From a virus: DNA of 64,000 bases. Below the pieces are notes generated by a model, which had not been told where the DNA came from, ran no database searches, and saw nothing but the letters and a program-made list of their open reading frames with translations. Each line of letters begins with the position of its first letter. The first letter of the stretch is position 1. Below, piece by piece: positions 1 through 8,197 of this stretch. Where the stretch lies: positions 3,092 through 67,091 of the IMG/VR virus record IMGVR_UViG_3300023184_004954. One strand, given 5' to 3'. The translations under genes and the position numbers were made by a program.

Positions 1-17
1 TATGTGAAAATATGAAT

Positions 18-54
18 AAAAAATCCCGTCAAATTTAGTGGAGATGACGGGATT
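18..54 (-). terminator. Intrinsic terminator downstream of tmRNA
   Basis: Inverted repeat aatcccgtca (22-31) / tgacgggatt (45-54), followed by a U-run on the minus strand. Confidence 0.75.
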
Positions 55-63
55 AGATTGTGG

Positions 64-465
64 AGGTGGAGCAGCGCGGATTCGAACCGCGGTCTTTCCT
101 ACTCTAAAATAAATGACTACACGTTTATTCAATTAGTTCTCAACTGACAAATAGGAAGTTACAGATTAAGATAATCACTTCCAAAAATCCCCAAACCGGA
201 TTTTCAAGAGCCGTCTGATGTGCTCCAACACTCTACAGTGGTGTTACACTGTGAGCACTTGTGTTCCTAGGCGTATGTGCACCGGCCCGAATGTCGTACT
301 CTACTAATTAAGCAGCTACAACGCTTTCTTCTCTGATAAGACCAAGAGTAGAAAGTTTAGAAATGGTTTTGCCATTTAAAGTTTGAATCATATTATAAGG
401 AGTTAATCCTGCTCCTACGTGCCACTTACCCTTGATGTCTGAAATCAAATGCCTATACCTGCCCC
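64..465 (-). ncRNA. ssrA: tmRNA (transfer-messenger RNA)
   Basis: 5' end GGGGCAG pairs with 3' CUGCUCC-A, giving the G3:U alanine identity pair. T-arm CGCGG-UUCGAAU-CCGCG. Internal tag ORF 373..308 follows UAAAU and reads GKTISKLSTLGLIREESVVAA*. Confidence 0.92.
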
Positions 466-486
466 ATTATTTTCAAATAACTTAAG

Positions 487-517
487 TAAAGATAAGAATA
501 AATACTTAATTTCCAAA
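487..517 (-). promoter_or_regulatory. Bacteroidota-type housekeeping promoter for tmRNA, with a TATTTAT late motif in its spacer
   Basis: Minus strand TTTG-N19-TATCTTTA versus consensus TTTG-N19-21-TAnnTTTG. Confidence 0.55.
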
Positions 518-546
518 CTAAAACACTATTTATAAATAAAAAGATA

Positions 547-1722
547 GTGGGATTAAGAAGTAATATTAGAAAACTATTGTTGGAATCATCTGAAGATGAG
601 CCTAAGGAGGAAGATACTACATTATTAAAGGCTTTAAGATTATATTCAAAAGGTAAAATTGATGAGAATGAGTTATTGGATTCTGATGTTGAAATTTTTG
701 ATGTGATGCATGGTGGTAAATCATCTAAGGCTGAGCATACAATTATATTTGATTTAGGTGAGGATAAAACTTTTTTTGATTTATTGGATATTAATGAAGA
801 TGATGGGTGGTTTGCAAGAGTTGTTTCAGATAGATATAGTAATGGGTATGATTTTATGGATTCATATCAAGTTGAGGATGACTTTAAGGAAGGGTATATA
901 ATTTTTGGTGAATTAAATGAAGATAATAAAAAATCATTAGAAGAAATTTTAATTTATTTAACAGGTAAAAAACCGAATTTAAATAGTAATCAATCAGATA
1001 TTGATAGTGAAAATGCAAAATTGTTATTACATTTATTTCCTAGCGAGATGGATGATATACTTTCTGAATATGCAATACAAAAAGACTATGAGATGAATAA
1101 AACAGCTAAAGAGTCAATTGAAAAAGAATTGAATGATTTTTTGAGTTCAATTGGATTTCGCATTTATCGTGAGTATGATGAAATTTCAACAACCCCAATA
1201 AATCTTATTATGTGGTATTCAAGATTGAATGTTGAGACAATGGATTTTATTTCTTTATTTAAAAAAATTATTGAAAATACCAATACAGATAGACTTGGGG
1301 GTTGGCTAGAAAATTCTTATGAATTCCAAAATAGTGAATATTTTGATAGTGAAAGTTTTAATAATTTTGTGGAAAGAAAACTTGAAAGTATTTTAGAAGG
1401 TATTAAAGATGGGGATTTTGATGTTGAGGGGTTTATGAAAATGCTTAATAAAATTACATCAAAATTCGCCTTTGAAACTTGGTATGATTTGCCGAAGGAT
1501 AAAAGGTATCAATTTTTTATTAAAGATATTAGCAGAGAAACTCTAAACATTTCTCTTAGATTAAGAAATAAAAAAAATCATCAACAAAAGGATATTAATC
1601 TTTCTGAAGATGGGTTTAATAATTTTCTATATCAACCAGAGTTATTTGGATTATCCGATATAGTACCTGAAAGTATAGAAGAATCTTTTGACCCAATACA
1701 TTTTTTGAAGAAAAAAATTTGA
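547..1722 (+). CDS. Hypothetical acidic protein with N-terminal IRKLLLE leader (possible head-internal protein)
   Basis: 391-aa ORF with GTG start; TATTTAT at 527-533. Confidence 0.75.
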   Translation: MGLRSNIRKLLLESSEDEPKEEDTTLLKALRLYSKGKIDENELLDSDVEIFDVMHGGKSSKAEHTIIFDLGEDKTFFDLLDINEDDGWFARVVSDRYSNGYDFMDSYQVEDDFKEGYIIFGELNEDNKKSLEEILIYLTGKKPNLNSNQSDIDSENAKLLLHLFPSEMDDILSEYAIQKDYEMNKTAKESIEKELNDFLSSIGFRIYREYDEISTTPINLIMWYSRLNVETMDFISLFKKIIENTNTDRLGGWLENSYEFQNSEYFDSESFNNFVERKLESILEGIKDGDFDVEGFMKMLNKITSKFAFETWYDLPKDKRYQFFIKDISRETLNISLRLRNKKNHQQKDINLSEDGFNNFLYQPELFGLSDIVPESIEESFDPIHFLKKKI

Positions 1723-1737
1723 AACTTTTTAAATAAG

Positions 1738-1768
1738 TTTGTGATGTTAATTATTTTCCTTATCTTTG
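1738..1768 (+). promoter_or_regulatory. Bacteroidota-type housekeeping promoter
   Basis: Exact TTTG(1738-1741)-N19-TATCTTTG(1761-1768), ending 4 nt before the ATG. Confidence 0.7.
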
Positions 1769-1772
1769 TTAA

Positions 1773-2615
1773 ATGAAACAAGATATAGAATTACTAAAAG
1801 AAGTATTAAGTGTTCCCACCAAGACATATAAAGAAGAAAGAATGGTTGCATATATTGCCAACTGGTTGGTTGACAATAATATAGAATATCATATTGATTT
1901 TAATAATAATATATATGCAACAAAAAATGTGGGTGAAACACCAAATGATTTTTATTTCCCTTGTGTAATTGCTCATACAGATACCGTCCATAACATTGAC
2001 ACAATCAATGTGAAAGAGGAGAACTTAAGGAATGCTCAAGGACAACTAAAATCATCGCTTAAGGCATATAATAATGAAGGTAATCCAACAGGAATTGGTG
2101 GTGATGATAAATGTGGGGTATTTGCCTGTCTAAAACTATTAAAAGAATTACCATATCTTAAAGCCGCGTTTTTCGTGTCTGAAGAAACAGGATGTCACGG
2201 CTCAAGAAAGGCTGATAAAAAGTTTTTTGAAAATGTTGGGTACGGAATTCAATTTGATGCCCCTGAAAACTGGATGATTACAGAACAATGTTATGGCAAT
2301 ATTTTATTTAACAGAAAATCAGAATTTTTTGATAAATGTGATAAGGTGTTGACAGAAGGAATGAATAATGATGATATGAGATATATGATTCATCCTTATA
2401 CTGATGTTTATGCTTTAAGAGGGTTATTTGATTTTTCTTGTATAAACTTTTCAATAGGTTATTATGATTATCATACACCAAATGAATATGTTGTAATTGA
2501 GGATGTGTTTAACGGAATTGAGATGGGCAGGAAGATGATTGAATCTCTTGGATATCTTAAACACGAATATATTTCAACACAAAAAGATGATTCTGAACTT
2601 GATTTAGTATTTTAA
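1773..2615 (+). CDS. M20/M28-family zinc peptidase
   Basis: Metal-ligand motifs AHTDTV, GGDDKCG, SEETG, FD and C-terminal YHT. Confidence 0.85.
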   Translation: MKQDIELLKEVLSVPTKTYKEERMVAYIANWLVDNNIEYHIDFNNNIYATKNVGETPNDFYFPCVIAHTDTVHNIDTINVKEENLRNAQGQLKSSLKAYNNEGNPTGIGGDDKCGVFACLKLLKELPYLKAAFFVSEETGCHGSRKADKKFFENVGYGIQFDAPENWMITEQCYGNILFNRKSEFFDKCDKVLTEGMNNDDMRYMIHPYTDVYALRGLFDFSCINFSIGYYDYHTPNEYVVIEDVFNGIEMGRKMIESLGYLKHEYISTQKDDSELDLVF

Positions 2616-2618
2616 TTT

Positions 2619-2754
2619 AACCCCCACTTCTAATAAAAGGTGGGGTTTTTTAATTTTATGAGATATTTATTTATAAAAATAATATTATGGCAAGAATAAT
2701 AAGATTAACAGAATCAGATATGAGTCGTTTGGTTAAAAGAGTTATAAAAGAACA
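2619..2754 (+). repeat. Cassette-boundary repeat copy 1 (terminator + late promoter + leader-coding sequence)
   Basis: ccccacttctaataaaaggtggggtttttt ... tgagatatttatttataaaa ... tattatggcaagaata.aagattaacagaatcagat; near-identical to copies at 3243 and 3802. Confidence 0.9.
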
Positions 2755-3214
2755 GAGGGATGAAGAAATAGCTCAAAAAATTGAGAATATTGTTGACTCT
2801 CCCAAAGTTGAAAATCATCTTGAACAAATTTTAAACAACATGGGAGAAGATGAAATTGAAGACATTAAACAAATGTTAACAAATTTGGGTATAGACGAAA
2901 ATAGTAGTATTCAAGATATACATAAAAGGGTTCTTCAGTATTCTGCATTAATGGGTTTACATGACTATGAATCAGATGGAGAAATGATTGAAGATTATGT
3001 AAATTCTAATAAGGGAAAAACGGAAGAAAAAAATCCTAAACAAAAAGTTGCTGAAATTTTACATTCTATTGGTGCTGGAAATATTGCAGCTTGGGGTGGT
3101 GTTCCAGCGGCAATTGCAATTGGTTCTGCGACAGGAATGCCAATGGGGTTTGCAATAAGTTGGGGAGTAACAGGATTATTAATGGGGTTGGCACATTTAA
3201 TGGAGAAAAAATAA
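2687..3214 (+). CDS. Leader-tagged hypothetical protein with C-terminal Gly/Ala-rich transmembrane hairpin
   Basis: Begins MARIIRLTESDMSRLVKRVIKEQ; two hydrophobic segments at the C-terminus. Confidence 0.85.
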   Translation: MARIIRLTESDMSRLVKRVIKEQRDEEIAQKIENIVDSPKVENHLEQILNNMGEDEIEDIKQMLTNLGIDENSSIQDIHKRVLQYSALMGLHDYESDGEMIEDYVNSNKGKTEEKNPKQKVAEILHSIGAGNIAAWGGVPAAIAIGSATGMPMGFAISWGVTGLLMGLAHLMEKK

Positions 3215-3242
3215 AATATTAATTAGAAAATAGATAATTTAT

Positions 3243-3376
3243 AAAACCCCACTTCTAATAAAAGGTGGGGTTTTTTATGAATATGAGATATTTATTTATA
3301 AAATTATATTATGGCAAGAATAACAAGATTAACAGAATCAGATTTGAATAGATTGGTTAGAAGAGTAATAAAAGAA
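3243..3376 (+). repeat. Cassette-boundary repeat copy 2
   Basis: Same terminator hairpin, gagatatttatttataaaa motif and leader-coding sequence. Confidence 0.9.
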
Positions 3377-3784
3377 AATGAAAAAAGCCAAAGTTGTCCG
3401 GTAGTTGTTAATAAATTTTTAAGTAAAATTGAAAATTCTTTAACTCCGGAAGAACTTCAATTAGTGGTTTCTGAATATGAAAGACTTGGAAAATCAGGAT
3501 TTAAACATAAGGTTGTTTCAACTTTACAAGATGAAACAATAACTGAAAGTAAAAGAGATGCTAAGTTAGAAAAGACAATAAACAAAATCGCACAGATTGT
3601 TGCGTTTACAAGTGTCGGATTTTTAGGGGGCACTACAATTATTTTACCTTGTTTGGAAGGTATTGTTGATTTATCCCACGCACCTGAATGGGCGGTTCAA
3701 GCTTTTGGTGGTGCGTTGATTGCAAGTATTCCGTTGGCGTTAATAAGTTTCGTTACACTCGCATTAACAACAGAAGAAAAATAA
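3311..3784 (+). CDS. Leader-tagged hypothetical protein with two C-terminal transmembrane segments
   Basis: Begins MARITRLTESDLNRLVRRVIKEN; hydrophobic IAQIVAFTSVGFLGGTTIIL and AFGGALIASIPLALISFVTLAL. Confidence 0.85.
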   Translation: MARITRLTESDLNRLVRRVIKENEKSQSCPVVVNKFLSKIENSLTPEELQLVVSEYERLGKSGFKHKVVSTLQDETITESKRDAKLEKTINKIAQIVAFTSVGFLGGTTIILPCLEGIVDLSHAPEWAVQAFGGALIASIPLALISFVTLALTTEEK

Positions 3785-3801
3785 AAACTTTAAAATAATT
3801 T

Positions 3802-3937
3802 AAACCCCCATCTCTAATAAGGTGGGGTTTTTTAATTTTATGAGATATTTATTTATAAAATTAATATTATGAGAAAAATTGTAAGATTAACAGAACGCGA
3901 TATGAGTCGCTTAGTTAGAAAAGTAATTAAAGAACAA
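3802..3937 (+). repeat. Cassette-boundary repeat copy 3
   Basis: Slightly diverged hairpin cccccatctctaataaggtggggtttttt, then the same promoter and leader sequence. Confidence 0.88.
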
Positions 3938-4090
3938 AATTTAATAAACGAAGGTGCGTGTATGTCTGAGAATGATACAGATGATTTAAAAACTGATATG
4001 GCACAATTAAAAAAATCAAATGCAGTTGTTGAATTACATGGTTCTTGTCTTTACATATCGGTTGGTCAAAAAAGTTATCTTATTGTTTAA
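3869..4090 (+). CDS. Small leader-tagged hypothetical protein
   Basis: MRKIVRLTERDMSRLVRKVIKEQ followed by a ~50-aa unrelated cargo. Confidence 0.8.
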   Translation: MRKIVRLTERDMSRLVRKVIKEQNLINEGACMSENDTDDLKTDMAQLKKSNAVVELHGSCLYISVGQKSYLIV

Positions 4091-4121
4091 TAAGATATAT
4101 AAGATTATATAAAAAAATAAT

Positions 4122-4952
4122 ATGAAACATTTATTAAATAACTTATCTGAACAAGAAAAGAGTAATATTCTTGCTCAGCACAAAGGTGGAATTGAAATTG
4201 GAACTAAAAATTTCAAAAAATTATCTGAAAGTAAACTTGGTAATGTAAAACCTTTAATTACAGAACAAAGTGAAGAAAGATATGTAAAGGCAGGGTTTAA
4301 AAAAGTAAATGAAATAAATCTTCCTGATGGAAACTACATAGGAAACCCAGATAATGAAAATTATTATACATTAGCAAACTCTATGAATGTTAGATATGTT
4401 AATGATGTTTTGGTATATTCTAACGACGGTAAATTTACAGGATATTTACTCGAAGAATTATCACCATCAAGAAGTGGAATTAGTAATTTAGAACTAACTT
4501 TAACAGGTAAAAAATTTGGAGATTGGGGAATGAAACCCGGAGGGATATTTTTTAAGGATTCCGGTTATAAACCACAAGCTCAGAGCACTGAAACCAAAAA
4601 AAATCCCGAAATAACAAACAAAGTGGATACTGAGGGAATAAAAAATGTTTTACCTGAAATGATTTCAGGTCCTTCGTTCCCTGGAACTTATTCAGGTTAT
4701 GTATTTGGAGGAACTTTTAATGGGACAAATTATTGGTGGGATTGTAATGGGGTTGACGGAATGATGGGTATTAGAGGAATGGCTGAAGGTAAAATTATAT
4801 CTGAAAATAATTCTATGTTAAATCAACAAACAAAGAAAGAAATCTCAGACGCAGACCCTAAAGGGGTTTGGGTTGGTTTTTATAATAAAACTAGTGGTAG
4901 TTTTGTAATATACACAACGACCGCAGGTAAACCTAAATGTGTTGGTTTTTAA
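4122..4952 (+). CDS. Hypothetical protein (N-terminal segment ending PLITEQ, possibly a processed propeptide)
   Basis: 276-aa ORF; LSE and ITE motifs in the first 50 aa. Confidence 0.75.
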   Translation: MKHLLNNLSEQEKSNILAQHKGGIEIGTKNFKKLSESKLGNVKPLITEQSEERYVKAGFKKVNEINLPDGNYIGNPDNENYYTLANSMNVRYVNDVLVYSNDGKFTGYLLEELSPSRSGISNLELTLTGKKFGDWGMKPGGIFFKDSGYKPQAQSTETKKNPEITNKVDTEGIKNVLPEMISGPSFPGTYSGYVFGGTFNGTNYWWDCNGVDGMMGIRGMAEGKIISENNSMLNQQTKKEISDADPKGVWVGFYNKTSGSFVIYTTTAGKPKCVGF

Positions 4953-4970
4953 CGAATATAAATTAAATTA

Positions 4971-5003
4971 AAGAAAAGGGGTTATTCAACCCCTTTTCTT
5001 TTT
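4971..5003. terminator. Bidirectional terminator overlapping the clpC stop codon
   Basis: aagaaaaggggtt-attc-aaccccttttctt, a 13-bp stem between convergent genes. Confidence 0.8.
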
Positions 5004-7042
5004 CTTACAACTTTCTTTGGTTTTTCTTCAACAACTAACTCCTCATTTATATTGACTTGTTCTTCTGAAACACTCAACATATAAGTTTTGTCCTCAAATA
5101 CTTTACCAAGTAATACCTCCTCTGATAAGAAATCCTCAACTTTGTCTTGGATTGCTCTTTTGAGTGGTCTTGCACCATAAGCTTCATCATAACCAACCTT
5201 AGTGAGATACTCAACCAACGTATCGTCATATTTGATAACATATTTCATATCCAACAAACGAGTCATAAGTTTATCCAACTCAATTCGGGTGATTTTCTTA
5301 ATGTCATCAGGAGACAATGTGTTGAAAACAATTGTGTCGTCAATTCTGTTGATAAATTCAGGTGAGAAAAAGTTCTTCATCTCCTTCATCAACATTTGTT
5401 TTTTGGCTTCTTCATTGCTATACGCATTTGTGCTAAAACCAATACCTGTTCCGAAGTCCTGAAGTTTTTTAACTCCCAGATTTGATGTTAGGATAATCAA
5501 GGTGTTCTTAAAATTGATTTTTCTACCTAATCCATCTGTAACGTGTCCATCATCAAGTATTTGAAGGAGAACGGTAAACACATCTTTATGTGCCTTCTCA
5601 ACCTCATCAAATAAGATTACGGAGTATGGTTTGTTTTTAACCTTTTCGGTTAATAATCCACCTTCTTCATATCCAACATAACCTGGAGGAGCCCCCACTA
5701 ATTTAGATATGGTGTGTTTCTCTTGGTATTCTGACATATCAACTCTGATAAGTGAATCCTCACTACCAAAAATCTCTTTTGCCAGTTGTTTTGCAAGATA
5801 TGTCTTACCAACACCCGTTGAACCGAGGAATACAAAGGAACCGATTGGACGATTTGGGTCTTTAATACCTAATCTGTTTCTCTTGATGGATTTTGCAATC
5901 TTAATAACCGCATTGTTCTGTCCAATAACCTTATCAATTAGGGACGTATCAAGATTAATCAGAGCCTTATTATCATCAACATTCATCTTATTCACCGGAA
6001 TATTAGTCATATTTGAAACAACCTCATAAACATTCTCAACGGAGATTTTTTGTTTATCTTTTTGCATTTCTTCTTCAAATTTTTTCTTTTCTATTTCCAA
6101 TTTGGTTAATAGTTTTTTCTCTCTATCTCTTAGTTCTGCCGCTTTCTCGTAGTTCTGCCTTTTAACAACATCAACTTTTAAATCTTTTATTTCTGATGCC
6201 TGTCTTTTTAATTCTTCAATTGCTTCTGGAACTTTAAGTTCCGTTTGCATTCTTGCTCCAACTTCATCCAAAATATCAAAGGCTTTATCAGGAAAACCTC
6301 TATCTGTAATGTATCTGTCAGCTAATTTAACACACGCCTCAATTACTTCATCGCTATATGTTACTTTATGATACATTTCATATTTTTCACGAACGCTTTT
6401 TAAGATTGTTATTGTTTCATCAATTGATGATGGCTCAACAATGATTTTTTGGAATCTACGTTCCAATGCTCCATCCTTTTCAATGTTCTTTCTGAACTCA
6501 TTTAAGGTGGTTGCACCGATACATTGCAATTCTCCACGAGCAAGGGCGGGCTTAAAGATATTTGAACCATCCATTGACCCGGAGGAGTTTCCTGAACCCA
6601 CCAAAGTATGGATTTCATCAATAAAAATGATAATGTCAGGATTATTATTAAGTTCTTCCATAATAACCTTTAATCTCTCTTCAAATTGTCCTCTGTATTT
6701 TGTTCCAGCAACAACTGAAGTTAAATCTAACTCAACAATTCTTTTATCAACCAAATTTCTTGGGCAATCACCGGTATGGATTTTAATTGCTAATCCTTCA
6801 ACAATTGCTGTCTTACCACAACCTGGGTCTCCAATGATAATTGGGTTATTTTTCTTTCTTCTAGATAAAATCTGTGCAATACGCAAGATTTCTTTTTCTC
6901 TACCAATAACTGGGTCTAACTTACCTTGTTCGGCGAGTTTAATCAAATCCCGACTAAAATTATCTAATACGGGGGTATTACTATCTGATGAGGTTTTTTT
7001 CTTGCTCATCATTTTGTCTTCATCATCCATTAATTCATTCAT
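4982..7042 (-). CDS. clpC: ClpC-like Hsp100 AAA+ ATPase lacking the N-terminal domain
   Basis: Two AAA modules (GDPGCGKT/FIDEIH and GSTGVGKT/FDEVEK), short UVR-type M-domain (NYEKAAELRD) and a GIGF ClpP-docking loop. Confidence 0.9.
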   Translation of the reverse strand: MNELMDDEDKMMSKKKTSSDSNTPVLDNFSRDLIKLAEQGKLDPVIGREKEILRIAQILSRRKKNNPIIIGDPGCGKTAIVEGLAIKIHTGDCPRNLVDKRIVELDLTSVVAGTKYRGQFEERLKVIMEELNNNPDIIIFIDEIHTLVGSGNSSGSMDGSNIFKPALARGELQCIGATTLNEFRKNIEKDGALERRFQKIIVEPSSIDETITILKSVREKYEMYHKVTYSDEVIEACVKLADRYITDRGFPDKAFDILDEVGARMQTELKVPEAIEELKRQASEIKDLKVDVVKRQNYEKAAELRDREKKLLTKLEIEKKKFEEEMQKDKQKISVENVYEVVSNMTNIPVNKMNVDDNKALINLDTSLIDKVIGQNNAVIKIAKSIKRNRLGIKDPNRPIGSFVFLGSTGVGKTYLAKQLAKEIFGSEDSLIRVDMSEYQEKHTISKLVGAPPGYVGYEEGGLLTEKVKNKPYSVILFDEVEKAHKDVFTVLLQILDDGHVTDGLGRKINFKNTLIILTSNLGVKKLQDFGTGIGFSTNAYSNEEAKKQMLMKEMKNFFSPEFINRIDDTIVFNTLSPDDIKKITRIELDKLMTRLLDMKYVIKYDDTLVEYLTKVGYDEAYGARPLKRAIQDKVEDFLSEEVLLGKVFEDKTYMLSVSEEQVNINEELVVEEKPKKVVRKRKGVE

Positions 7043-7094
7043 AATTAATTATTTTTACAAAGATTTATCAAATTTGGGACATAACCAAATTTTT

Positions 7095-7203
7095 TGTCAA
7101 ATTGTCGGTAATATTTTTTTATATGTCATTTTGTCATAATATATTTCGTTGGCATTAAACTTGACTATTACAAAGATAATAAATAAATTTAAAAAAACAC
7201 AAA
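7095..7203. promoter_or_regulatory. Divergent clpC/hsp20 control region
   Basis: Two TGTCA-N3-TGTC(A/G) sites (7095-7107, 7124-7136); sigma54-like TGGCAT-N5-TTGA (7150-7164, + strand); TTTG-N21-TATCTTTG (7203-7171, - strand). Confidence 0.5.
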
Positions 7204-7209
7204 AAAATT

Positions 7210-7596
7210 ATGATTTACTTGAATTCAAATTTTGACAAATTGTTTGATGGATTTTTCGGACAACCCACTTATAGTAATATGGTTGTTAAAAATTCTGATA
7301 AAGAACCTTATGAGGTGAATTACACAAAAGACGGAGCTTATCTACTCTTTGATGTTCCAGGTTTTAATAAAACAAACCTGAAGGTTGAAATGGAAGGGGG
7401 TGTTCTTTACATTGATGGTAAAAGAACATACAAATTAAATGGTGAAGACTCAGAGAAAGTTATTTCACAAAAATTCAAAATTGGACAAGATTATAACCCC
7501 GACAACATTGAAGCAACAATTGAGGATGGTATCCTGACAGTATTTGTTGCAAACTACAAAAAAACTGAAAAGAAAAAAAGGATAAGTTTATTGTAA
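7210..7596 (+). CDS. Small heat-shock protein (Hsp20 / alpha-crystallin)
   Basis: DVPGF, LYIDG and IEATIEDGILTV motifs plus a C-terminal I-x-L motif. Confidence 0.9.
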   Translation: MIYLNSNFDKLFDGFFGQPTYSNMVVKNSDKEPYEVNYTKDGAYLLFDVPGFNKTNLKVEMEGGVLYIDGKRTYKLNGEDSEKVISQKFKIGQDYNPDNIEATIEDGILTVFVANYKKTEKKKRISLL

Positions 7597-7600
7597 AAAC

Positions 7601-7630
7601 AAACCCCCACCTAAAAAATGGGGGTTTTTT
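7601..7630 (+). terminator. Intrinsic terminator
   Basis: aaaccccca...tgggggtttttt. Confidence 0.8.
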
Positions 7631-7644
7631 AATATTTATATATT

Positions 7645-7977
7645 ATGATTAGATTTGAAAAATTTTTAAATGACACTTTAGGTCAAAAAGAATTATTGAC
7701 AACTTACATTGAGTTAAGGCAATTATTTAGAGAATATGGATGGACAAATGAAGATTTAGTTAATCCCCCAAAATATACTCATAGATTAATGGAGTTAAAA
7801 GAGAGATTTAATGATGAAAAAAACGCTTTATTTAAGCAAGTTAATGATTATGGTTTTGATGTTAGTTTAGATGATTTTCACGCATATCTAACACCATTAT
7901 TTATTAAAATAAATGAGTTAACACCTTTAGAAGATGGCAATAACGAAAGAAATGATAGTAGGAACGAAGATAATTAA
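7645..7977 (+). CDS. Hypothetical protein
   Basis: 110-aa ORF; TATTTAT ends 5 nt before the ATG. Confidence 0.65.
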   Translation: MIRFEKFLNDTLGQKELLTTYIELRQLFREYGWTNEDLVNPPKYTHRLMELKERFNDEKNALFKQVNDYGFDVSLDDFHAYLTPLFIKINELTPLEDGNNERNDSRNEDN

Positions 7978-8176
7978 TGAAATGAAATCTTCCAACTTAA
8001 AAAAAACAGAATATGATACAGAAACAAAGCTGTTAATAACAGAATTCAATAATGGGCAAAAGTATGAGTATCAAAATGTTCCCCATCAAATCTACACAAA
8101 GTTCAGAATGGCGGAGTCCCAAGGAAAATTTTTTATGTCAGAAATAGCAAAAAAATATACATTTAAAAAACTATGA
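7934..8176 (+). CDS. KTSC-domain protein
   Basis: SSNL..TEYD....L..EF.NG..YEY.NVP..IY..F..AESQGKFF pattern. Confidence 0.85.
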   Translation: MAITKEMIVGTKIINEMKSSNLKKTEYDTETKLLITEFNNGQKYEYQNVPHQIYTKFRMAESQGKFFMSEIAKKYTFKKL

Positions 8177-8197
8177 TTTCCTAACTATTTATTATAG

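Noticed and set aside
61-95. Stand-alone tRNA or att-site fragment (T-arm and acceptor)
   Set aside because: It pairs with the 5' GGGGCAG at 459-465 and flanks a tag ORF, so it is the tmRNA 3' end; no integrase is in the window
2619-3937. CRISPR array suggested by three palindromic direct repeats
   Set aside because: The units are ~135 bp with 420-490-bp protein-coding intervals, the hairpins are U-tailed terminators, and no cas genes are present
5147-7139. Plus-strand ORFs of 72-232 aa overlapping clpC
   Set aside because: Antisense shadows of a conserved ATPase gene with no motifs or expression signals
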